Below, in pieces: positions 14,200-23,918 of a stretch of 64,000 nucleotides of DNA (position 1 is the stretch's first letter; each line of letters begins with the position of its first letter). Source of the DNA: Eledone cirrhosa. Its lineage: Eukaryota. Below the pieces are notes generated by a model. It was not told the DNA's origin, did not search any database, and was given only the letters and a program-made list of their open reading frames with translations. The DNA lies in NCBI GenBank assembly GCA_964016885.1, contig OZ024741.1, positions 200,198,001 through 200,262,000 on the forward strand. The letters run 5' to 3'. A program made the translations under genes and the position numbers.

Positions 14200-15235
14200 C
14201 CTCCAGCACGTTTGAATTAAATGCTCAGTTTTCAACCTCATGGGGTCGATCAGAGCCACTTATGCGCCAGGCACAACAGACGCACGAAAGGAAGGAACTG
14301 CTTCAACTGTAACAGCATCTTCCACCTCTCTTGCGTCAAACTCCTCCGACGCGCATCGTAATCCTGCGTCGGTGGCACTTCCTGCCATGCCTATCCACCT
14401 CGACACCACAGGCGGTCACGGGCGCCCGATACAACGAGGACCCGAACCTGCTCGACTCGGTCGAGGCTCATGCAGTCGTGGAGAGTCATCACCAGGATCC
14501 CCATAGCTACCCGCACTCCCATGGCCAAAGCTCTAGCGACGTCAATCGACCGAGCACTTGACTCGAGCGACCCGCAAGATTGGACCAAACTGTTCATTTT
14601 TGTGACCTTCATACGCCGGATCCCGGTGGTAGGAACCCGACGGCGGGAGAGAGATCGGGCTCCTCCCTCATTTTGAGGTTCAAGGGCAATATCGTTTCTT
14701 TCTGAGACCCTTCTCCCGCAAGCCTGTTGGCCCTCTCGTGCTGCTAACTAGTGCCGAGACAGTAACCACAGTTCACTTCCGATAACATGAAACGTCTCCG
14801 GGAAAGAGTCAACCTCAAACTAATTGAGGGCGACGTTTCGGCGGCGGTACGTGTGCTGGCCTCGAGCGACACTTTACTCCAGTCTGCACCGGGCATCTTA
14901 TCAGCGCTTGTTCGCACCGCTCACCATTGAGACCTCAGGTGTACTTGGACCCGAAACTGTCGACCACATTCGCAAGATCGAAACGTCAACAGCCCGTCTG
15001 AGGAAGCAGCTCCGCGAGATGGGGTGGCTGTTGTTGATGTCGCTGGCCATTGTCTGCAGGAATGCTGTTGCAGTCTTGTCAGCGGGGCGATGCCCCAACA
15101 CCGCCGCACCCTAGGCCTAGAGCCCACCACCCTCCTCCTTCCCCTCCCATTCTTCTGTGGCACTAGAGCCCTTGTTTTTCCTTTCATTTTCCGATTTTAA
15201 ATATCTGTAGTGTTGTTGTTATTTGAAATAGATTT
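14200..15235 (+). mobile_element. CRE-like RLE non-LTR retrotransposon, internally deleted
   Basis: C-terminal RLE motif FAPLTIETSGVLGP..SLAIV..NA; 3' UTR shared with 60250-60366. Confidence 0.7.
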
Positions 15236-15593
15236 GTTTACGATTTATTTTTATTTTTATTAATAAAACATATTTAACTGATAGATAAAAACGAAAAGAA
15301 AAAGGTTTTCAAAATGCAGCCCAATCTTATATTAATTTCGTATATGTTGTAAAAAAGTCAAAAGGATGGTTAAAAATAAAAATTAAAAATATTCCATTCA
15401 TGTACACCTGGTATTTCAATTTTAAATCTCATGTGTATCACTGTGAATATTTTTAACTCCATAATTAGAAACATGAAATATATTTTACCTGATGTAGAGC
15501 TACGTTTTAACTTTTCTTGATAGCTTTTTATGAAATTTACGAAACCTATTCACTCAACCTAGAATTTAAATCTCAGAGAGTTTTTCTTTAGAC

Positions 15594-15851
15594 CAGTCAT
15601 GGGCAACCTGCGGCACGCCTAAGTGAAATCTTTCTGATTTTTTTACCCCAACTTTTCAGTTGTAATTTATCTTTGTATCATTTTTACGATCGAGGAAAAT
15701 AACGTGTACGAATTCTGAAGAAACAAATCAAAACAACCTGAGTTACCGACCCTTTTTAATGTGGGCACGAATTTAAATAGCGCTTGAGGTCCGCCTGATG
15801 ATGAGCCATATCTCATGCGGCCCGCTTCACGAAAAAGGTTTCCCATGCCTG
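15594..15851. mobile_element. hAT-type MITE
   Basis: TIRs CAGTCATGGGCAACCT / AGGTTTCCCATGCCTG; 8-bp TSD CTTTAGAC / CATTAGAC. Confidence 0.8.
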
Positions 15852-16699
15852 CATTAGACATTCTACCCACCCTAAAGCCAAACTGCCCTTCTTGATCTTC
15901 ACAAACAATGCTTATCAACATTTCCTATCATTATTGGTGGCGCACTGGGGTAATTGCTGGCCTTGTGCCCAAAGTAGGAACAATTATTGTAATTACCGTA
16001 TTTAACTGCTTATAAGTGGCACTTTTTTTTTAAATATCCCAGAAAATCACCCTGAAATTTATAAGGTCATGGGCCTGTTAGATTTACTGGCTATTGGAGT
16101 TCTAGTACTGCAGTGGCCTTTGTGACCATGATTTTATAGGATTTGGACATGAATCATAAAAGCTAAAATGTTAATAAATTTCATGATGAATAAAATAAAT
16201 ATATTTTAAATTTCTTTTGTTTTAAGACTGCACTAAATATTTCAACAATATTTCAACAATATTTCAACAATATTTCTCTTGTATCTTTGACAACTGTTGG
16301 TATAATTTCAGCTAAATTCTTAATTTCAGAGTGTATATGTTCAGTTATAAGTTTTCCGTCTGTAGATTGTTTTTCTATTTCCTTTAAAATAGAGGATTGT
16401 GTGTCCATCATCGTGATAAGTGTTGATAATTTCGATGATATCTCCTTTAGAATTCTTTCTGATTCTGTTGGTTTCATTTGGTGCTTTCCAGACATGTTGG
16501 CATATACACAATAGGAATATATATATAGATATAGATAGGTAAATATACACGGGTGTGTATGATTGTGTATAGAAGATTATATTAATAAGAGGAATTCCAA
16601 CTTTGTCTGATTTACTCGTTTTATTTACAATCCTTTAAAATATATATAATGGTATTATAATGAAATAGTATGATAGAATATTAAATTCTAAGTGTTAAT

Positions 16700-16738
16700 T
16701 GAACAAGTACTTTCATGCTTTCGCAATCTTCAGGTTCA
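16700..16738 (-). ncRNA. Minimal hammerhead ribozyme (pLTR)
   Basis: TGAAC-CTGAAGA-t-TGC gaaa GCA-t-GAAA-GTAC-TT-GTTCA. Confidence 0.82.
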
Positions 16739-16962
16739 TGATATGTGGTGACAGTCGAGTTTGCAATTTTCAACTGTAATGAGATGGGTAAATTTCCTAC
16801 CTTTTATACATTTTATACAGAGAAAAGTGGCTCCAGAATGCAAAGCCCTGTAAACTGTATTTCGACCAATCAGTGTGTAGTTTCACTGAATTACTACAGC
16901 TGATTGGTTTAAGCGTCACGGCTGGTTGAGCATGCTAACGACCAATAGTCATATCCAACGTA

Positions 16963-18969
16963 TCAATTGTTTTGCTTTTTGAAATGATGAAAATAGCATT
17001 TTCTATTAATCATCACCATCAACATCACTTTAGATACAGTGCATTTAGATACAGTGAATGGTTGGTCTTTGTTGTTAAGGTCAAACTTTGCTTTTGTTAG
17101 CAATTGCTTCAAATTTTTTGGCTGTCTTTTACTAAGAGTCAAAGGTCGATCTGTGATTAAGCCTTTTAATTCATTACTTTGAGCAATGATCGGTAGGTTT
17201 GCTTTGGCAGTGTTGAAGATATTCTGCTGACATGGGTTGTGTGTCATTATAAATGGTATGACCAGTTCTTGGTTTCTTCTTCCTTGGGTTGTTCTAAGTT
17301 GTTGTATAGGTATTTTTATAGCCCGCTGTATGCCATTTTCTATAAGTAGAGATGGGTATTTTTGTTTGAGCAAAAATTCTCTTAGTTCTGTTAGGCGTTT
17401 GTACCTGGTATTCGTATCTTCTACAATGGTACAAATTCTTCTGGCTAGGCAGTATGGGATGTTGCGTTTTGTATGAGGTGGGTGGCACGACTTAAAATTC
17501 AGATATTGATGGGTGTCTGTGTGTTTATAATATATATCCGTGGTAATGGTGGTGTTGTTTTTGATTATCATTATATCTAAGAATGGTAATTTGGTCCTAC
17601 TCATCTCTTTTGTGAATTGGAGAGATGGGTATAGGTTATTCAGGAGGATATTGAACTCATCCAGAGTATCTAGAGATTCTGTCCAGATGATGAAACAGTC
17701 GTCAAGGTATCTCTTCCAAGATTTTTCAATGTACTTTCTAAAGTCAGTATTATATTTTTCCTCTATTTCTTGGTAGAGTTGTTGTTCTAAGTATCCCATT
17801 ACAGAGTTCGCGTAAACGGGAGCAAACTTCGTTCCCATCGCTGTGCCTCTAATTTGGATGTAATTCTTTCCATTGAAGAAGAAAGTGTTGTTTTCCAGAA
17901 TAAGTTTAACTGCGTCTAATATAAATGGCGCTGTGAATCTAATGGGAATCACTTCTCTATGTTTTTCCACCCAGTATTTAACCGCCTTTATTCCTAAATC
18001 ATGTGTAATGTTGGTGTAAAGGCTTACCACATCAAAACTGAGTAGAAGTGAATTCGTTTCCGTGGTTTTGGGAAGATGGGACAGGAAGTCGATATCATCC
18101 CGGATGAAACTGGGTATGTGAATACATAGTGGTTTCAAAATAATGTCAACAAAATTGCTTAGACGGTGAGTGGGGCATGTTGGACCAGCTATAATAGGTC
18201 TAAGTTTTAAGTCTTTTGGGTGTAGTAATTTAATGTACTCACTGTTTTGTTCTCTTACTGCCAGTTGTATTTCTTTTGACTTGTGAACTTTCGGTAGGCC
18301 ATACAGGTTGCTGGGTTTCGGCTCAAAATTGGTGATGTAGTCTCTTTCCTTATCAGTAAATGAGTTGTGGTATTTTGAAGCCAGGTTGTTGATCTTCTTC
18401 ATGATGTTGTGGTCTATATTTGACGGTATTTCATGATAGAATGTTGTGTCTTTCAGTTGTTCCTCAACCAAATCCTTGTAGTATTCAGTATCCATTATAA
18501 CAACTGCACCCCCTTTATCTGCTTGTTTAATTATTATTGTTTTATCATTTTGTATACGTTTAAGTGCAGACATTTCTGATTTGTTAATGTTTGGCCTAAC
18601 ATTAGTATTATGTCTAAGAGGAAATTTAGACAGGATGTCAATGTATTGGTCGAGATAGATATTTCTTCCTTTTGGCGGAGTGAAATTTGATTTATTCTTT
18701 ACTAGTGATTCATCACTCTCATTATTTTTATCAGCGAAGAATTCTACAAGACGTAATTTTCGACAGAATTCTTGGGTATCCTCCTTCAGTTCTTGGTGGT
18801 TGACTGTTGGAGTCGGTGTGAATTTCAGTCCTTTTGACAGAATTTGCATTTCATCATTGTCGAGATCTCTTTTAGATAAATTAATTATTTTAGGATCTAC
18901 GTGTACAGCTGTTTTGGGTATGTTTCCTCCTGGAGTTTTTCTTTTTCCGGTTTTTGTTGTCCTGACGTT
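16963..18969 (-). CDS. PLE reverse transcriptase (ORF2); GIY-YIG endonuclease missing
   Basis: LSKGLKF, ADKGG, YGLPKVHK, LRPII, FDVVSLYTNI, GTAMG, RYLDD, FLD, HP thumb; frame open from a stop at 18991-18993; ends at FTVSKC where the Zn-linker/EN should start. Confidence 0.88.
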   Translation of the reverse strand, partial: NVRTTKTGKRKTPGGNIPKTAVHVDPKIINLSKRDLDNDEMQILSKGLKFTPTPTVNHQELKEDTQEFCRKLRLVEFFADKNNESDESLVKNKSNFTPPKGRNIYLDQYIDILSKFPLRHNTNVRPNINKSEMSALKRIQNDKTIIIKQADKGGAVVIMDTEYYKDLVEEQLKDTTFYHEIPSNIDHNIMKKINNLASKYHNSFTDKERDYITNFEPKPSNLYGLPKVHKSKEIQLAVREQNSEYIKLLHPKDLKLRPIIAGPTCPTHRLSNFVDIILKPLCIHIPSFIRDDIDFLSHLPKTTETNSLLLSFDVVSLYTNITHDLGIKAVKYWVEKHREVIPIRFTAPFILDAVKLILENNTFFFNGKNYIQIRGTAMGTKFAPVYANSVMGYLEQQLYQEIEEKYNTDFRKYIEKSWKRYLDDCFIIWTESLDTLDEFNILLNNLYPSLQFTKEMSRTKLPFLDIMIIKNNTTITTDIYYKHTDTHQYLNFKSCHPPHTKRNIPYCLARRICTIVEDTNTRYKRLTELREFLLKQKYPSLLIENGIQRAIKIPIQQLRTTQGRRNQELVIPFIMTHNPCQQNIFNTAKANLPIIAQSNELKGLITDRPLTLSKRQPKNLKQLLTKAKFDLNNKDQPFTVSKCTVSKVMLMVMINRKCYFHHFKKQNN

Positions 18970-20243
18970 AAAAAATGGATTTTTCTCTGTTCAGGATTTA
19001 TATTCCTGTTGGTGTTCGCTTGATGAACTTTTGGTCGTGATATTATATTTGGTTTCGTTATGTATTTTGTCCTATTTTTGGTATTCTGTATATTATTTTT
19101 CTTCCTGTTAGCATTATTTTTAACAATCTGGGAAAATGACCTAGGTTTGCTTTCAGGTTTAGATCGTTTTTTCGTCCAGTTTCTTGTGGGCAATCTCTGT
19201 TGAGATCTTGAGAGTGATCTGGTTATTCTACGTTTTGTTTCCACATTCCTTGTTGGTAGTCTCTGTTGAGATCTTGAGAATGATCTCCTGGTTTTACTAC
19301 TTCTCATGGTCTGGTCAAAGGAATACCTATCGTGTTTGTGCTTTTTGTTCATGTGTGCGATAGGGTGTTTTTGTAGAAAAAGCGAAGAGTTATTGCCGTA
19401 GTTCTTCTTTGATTCAAGGTAAGGTGAGTGTTTGTGTTGGCACGTGTTCTCGCGTATGTTGTGTTGATGAGATTGTCCACTTTTAATGCTTTTTCTCAGG
19501 GTTCCAGAGTCTTTACCGTAATTTTCAGCATATTCATCGAGAAATAATTGTTTCTGCTGCCATACCTTTCTTGATTTGTTTTCTTCTTTTGAGATATCTC
19601 CGATCCATAGTTCTCGTAGTTTTTCAGCTATAATACCAGTCGTTAGCTTTGAAATTTCAACTTCAATTTGGTCATCAATAGCTTCATATTTGGCTTTGTA
19701 GCGGGATTGTTTACATTCAGAAATGGAGATGTCGGTCCTGAATTTTGTCAATGTAAGTTCCCATCGGAGTTTTGTTTCTTCTTCTGGTTCTCCTGCAATT
19801 TCTGTAATTAGGTATTTACGAGGGAGTATGGGTGCCGTTAGAGAGAGCCATTTCGAATGTGTTTCGACATATTTTTCGCATCTGTATGCTTTCCAGAAAT
19901 TTTGTTTTCTTATGTTAAGGAATTTTTTCCATGTCTTCCACATTTCTTTTCTTATTCGATGTGTTTTGTTTTCCAAATTTCTTTCGTTTATTTCTGACAT
20001 CCAAGGGGGTTGTGGTAGGCTTTCTCTTGTATCTTTGATAACTGTTGGTATAATTTCAGCTAAATTCTTAATTTCAGAGTTTATATGTTCAGTTATAAGT
20101 TTTCCGTCTGTAGATTGTTTTTCTATTTCCTTTAAAATAGAGGATTGTGTGTCCATCATCGTGATAAGTGTTGATAATTTCGATGATATCTCCTTTAGAA
20201 TTCTTTCTGATTCTGTTGGTTTCATTTGGTGCTTTCCAGACAT
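18897..20243 (-). CDS. PLE ORF1, 448 aa: helical/coiled-coil-like N-terminus and basic RS-rich C-terminus
   Basis: Uninterrupted ORF starting inside the pLTR downstream of the HHR; overlaps the RT frame in -1; contains a duplicated SRSQQRLPTRN repeat. Confidence 0.75.
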   Translation of the reverse strand: MSGKHQMKPTESERILKEISSKLSTLITMMDTQSSILKEIEKQSTDGKLITEHINSEIKNLAEIIPTVIKDTRESLPQPPWMSEINERNLENKTHRIRKEMWKTWKKFLNIRKQNFWKAYRCEKYVETHSKWLSLTAPILPRKYLITEIAGEPEEETKLRWELTLTKFRTDISISECKQSRYKAKYEAIDDQIEVEISKLTTGIIAEKLRELWIGDISKEENKSRKVWQQKQLFLDEYAENYGKDSGTLRKSIKSGQSHQHNIRENTCQHKHSPYLESKKNYGNNSSLFLQKHPIAHMNKKHKHDRYSFDQTMRSSKTRRSFSRSQQRLPTRNVETKRRITRSLSRSQQRLPTRNWTKKRSKPESKPRSFSQIVKNNANRKKNNIQNTKNRTKYITKPNIISRPKVHQANTNRNINPEQRKIHFLTSGQQKPEKEKLQEETYPKQLYT

Positions 20244-20447
20244 GTTGGCATATACACAATAGGAATATATATATAGATATAGATAGGTAAATATACACGG
20301 GTGTGTATGATTGTGTATAGAAGATTATATTAATAAGAGGAATTCCAACTTTGTCTGATTTACTCGTTTTATTTACAATCCTTTAAAATATATATAATGG
20401 TATTATAATGAAATAGTATGATAGAATATTAAATTCTAAGTGTTAAT

Positions 20448-20486
20448 TGAACAAGTACTTTCATGCTTTCGCAATCTTCAGGTTCA
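20448..20486 (-). ncRNA. Minimal hammerhead ribozyme (pLTR copy 2)
   Basis: Identical to 16700-16738. Confidence 0.82.
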
Positions 20487-20759
20487 TGATATGTGGTGAC
20501 AGTCGAGTTTGCAATTTTCAACTGTAATGAGATGGGTAAATTTCCTACCTTTTATACATTTTATACAGAGAAAAGTGGCTCCAGAATGCAAAGCCCTGTA
20601 AACTGTATTTCGACCAATCAGTGTGTAGTTTCACTGAATTACTACAGCTGATTGGTTTAAGCGTCACGGCTGGTTGAGCATGCTAACGACCAATAGTCAT
20701 ATCCAACGTATCAATTGTTTTGCTTTTTGAAATGATGAAAATAGCATGAAAATAGCATT

Positions 20760-20870
20760 TAAACCAATCAGCTGTAGTAATTCAGTGAAACTACACACTG
20801 ATTGGTCGAAATACAGTTTACAGGGCTTTGCATTCTGGAGCCACTTTTCTCTGTATAAAATGTATAAAAG
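20760..20870 (+). promoter_or_regulatory. Putative PLE pLTR promoter (CCAAT boxes + TATA-like motifs)
   Basis: CCAATCA 20764, TGATTGG 20799, TATAAAA 20854 and 20863, all upstream of the HHR and ORF1; function inferred. Confidence 0.4.
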
Positions 20871-20932
20871 GTAGGAAATTTACCCATCTCATTACAGTTG
20901 AAAATTGCAAACTCGACTGTCACCACATATCA

Positions 20933-20971
20933 TGAACCTGAAGATTGCGAAAGCATGAAAGTACTTGTTCA
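20933..20971 (+). ncRNA. Minimal hammerhead ribozyme (inverted pLTR)
   Basis: Same motif as 16700-16738 on the plus strand. Confidence 0.82.
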
Positions 20972-21409
20972 ATTAACACTTAGAATTTAATATTCTATCA
21001 TACTATTTCATTATAATACCATTATATATATTTTAAAGGATTGTAAATAAAACGAGTAAATCAGACAAAGTTGGAATTCCTCTTATTAATATAATCTTCT
21101 ATACACAATCATACACACCCGTGTATATTTACCTATCTATATCTATATATATATTCCTATTGTGTATATGCCAACATGTCTGGAAAGCACCAAATGAAAC
21201 CAACAGAATCAGAAAGAATTCTAAAGGAGATATCATCGAAATTATCAACACTTATCACGATGATGGACACACAATCCTCTATTTTAAAGGAAATAGAAAA
21301 ACAATCTACAGACGGAAAACTTATAATTGAACATATAAACTCTGAAATTAAGAATTTAGCTGAAATTATACCAACAGTTGTCAAAGATACAAGAGAAAGC
21401 CCGTTCCAT

Positions 21410-23240
21410 CTATCTGTGTGATAGATGGAACGGGTGGACCAGAGCCATACGGACACCCGAAAACCACGATGAACTGAAGAAAATGATTGCACATGCGGTA
21501 GGGGCCAGCATAAAATTAACCCTTAAGGAACATATGTTCAAATTTAATGGAAAAACATATGCCCAAGAGGAAGGAGCAGCCATTGGTGTTTGCATTGCAG
21601 GCGACATAGCTAACTTATTCATGGTATGGTGGGACAGTAGACTTAAACTTAAACTTAAAGAACAATTAGAAGACAGCTTAACCCTGATAATGTACTCCCG
21701 CTACGTAGATGATATAAACATCGTAGTTAAGACACCCCCACTAGAGAACAGTCAGGAACTAGAGAAAAACACAATGGAAAGCATCCAGCAAATAGCAAAC
21801 TCCATCCACCAGAGCATTAGAGTTACTATAGACTACCCAAGTAGACACCCCAACCATTGATTACCTGTACTAGACACAGAGCTCTGGTTAGATACCATTA
21901 ACAACCAAAAACAAATCCTCCATTCCCATTATGCCAAACCCATGACTTCCAAACATCTGATCCACCGAAACTCGGCCATTTCGGACCATACCAAAATCAA
22001 CATACTGATTGCGGATTTGGTACGGGTGATGAGAAATGTGTCCCGCATGTGCAACCCCGAAGAACTAGAGAGACACATACAACACTTCATCCACCGTATG
22101 CAGTTCTCTGGCTACAATCAGAGAGATAGAATCAGAGTGTATAGAGGAGCCAGAACCAAATGGGAAAAAATGGTAAATAATGACATAAATGGGACCTGCC
22201 CCTTGTATAGGAGCAAATTTTGGAATAGAATAGAAAGAACTAGGAACAAGGCCAATAGAATAAACTCATGGTATGATAGCAATAAATACCAGAGTGTAAT
22301 GTTCATCAATACATCCCCTAGAGGCGAACTAGCCTACAAATTTAGAAGGGCCCTAAATAAACATAAACTCAATATTAAGATAGTAGAAAGACCAGGTACC
22401 TCCGTAAAAACACTTATTAGCAAGACATACCCGTTCCAAAGACCCTCATGTATAGATAAGAAATGTATAACCTGTAAAATAAGCCCCCATATTAACTGTA
22501 AAACTAGAAATGTAGTGTATAGCATAAGATGTACTGAAGGACAATGTAGAAACAAAAATATAGTGTACATAGGTGAGACAGCTCGTAGTATAGGGGAACG
22601 GATAAATGAACACTGGCGAGACCTTCAAGATAATAAAGAATCATCTGTACTCTACCAACATGCTAAGATAGAACACAAGGGTAAATTAGAGAACATAGAA
22701 ATAAAAATAGAATCCACACACAGAAAAGATGCAATGTTTAGGCAAATTACAGAGGCAGTAAGCATAAAAGAATTACAACCAAAATTAAATAGAAAATATG
22801 AGTGGAACAGCAACATCACAACTTACAATTAAGGACAAAATGAAAATACACACACACATAGAACAAACAACCAACCAACAACATGTAAATAAATAAACAA
22901 ATAGATAAATGAACACAAACACACACAGACACCCGGATGTGGCGCATGCGCAAACTGAGCACACAACACACACAGAAACAAAATGGCGTAGGACAGAAGA
23001 AAGGAAAGGCACAGAAACAAAGAAAGGAATCCCCAGTCACTGAAGAGGTCACAGAGTATGTGACGAAAGGACTATGACTATATATAAACAACTATCTGGT
23101 TGTGGAACCAACCAACCAACCAGAAATTTATAAGTTTGTAGATTTGTAAATTTATAAATATATAATAAATTGAAGTGAAAGCAACTGGTGCGTGTGTTTC
23201 TTATTGGCAACATGACCCTCCCAAAGTATAACAATATATA
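21410..23240 (+). mobile_element. Penelope-like element, 5'-truncated (same family as 2162-4333)
   Basis: RYVDD RT part, one in-frame TGA (CGA in the sister copy), then 296-aa thumb + GIY-YIG 21942-22832 and HHR tail. Confidence 0.92.
23035..23079 (+). ncRNA. Minimal hammerhead ribozyme
   Basis: AGTCA-CTGAAGA-g-GTCACA gagta TGTGAC-GAAA-GGAC-TA-TGACT. Confidence 0.75.
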
Positions 23241-23314
23241 TATATACTTATATATATATATTGTTATACTTTGGGAGGGTCATGTTGCCAATATATATAC
23301 ACAATTCAGAAACG

Positions 23315-23361
<47 letters not shown>

Positions 23362-23392
23362 TATACACATACACACACACATATACACACAC

Positions 23393-23512
<120 letters not shown>

Positions 23513-23918
23513 GCATATATACATACATACATATATACATATACACACATACACACTTACATATACATATAATTATTGGGGGGTGGGGATTACATTTATT
23601 AACCTGAAGTTAAAGCATTATATATGTTTACTTAATGGTATCAGTTTTAGGAAATGATAGTTTCACCGAAAGTAGTTTTTGAATACATCTTCTCTTTTCA
23701 TGATATCCGGATTACATTGAGTTCTTCATACGAATTGGACACTACCGTAAACTTTTGGTAGATTTATCTACATACTTTGCTCCTATTTTCATGGGGATAT
23801 TCTTATTTTAATATTGTATGTGTATATATATTTATATATATATACATATATGTGTATAACTTTATAACTCCATATACAAATAGTTGAGCTCTTTTTCTTG
23901 TCCATTATCCATATCACA

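Larger units (their letters stand above)
16273..21399 (-). mobile_element. Penelope-like element with direct pLTRs (16273-17000, 20021-20747) and an inverted upstream pLTR (20759-21399)
   Basis: Three near-identical copies of a unit carrying an HHR and the first ~74 codons of ORF1; RT ORF between the direct copies. Confidence 0.93.

Noticed and set aside
21858-21860. In-frame TGA as possible recoding
   Set aside because: The sister copy has CGA (Arg) here, consistent with CpG decay
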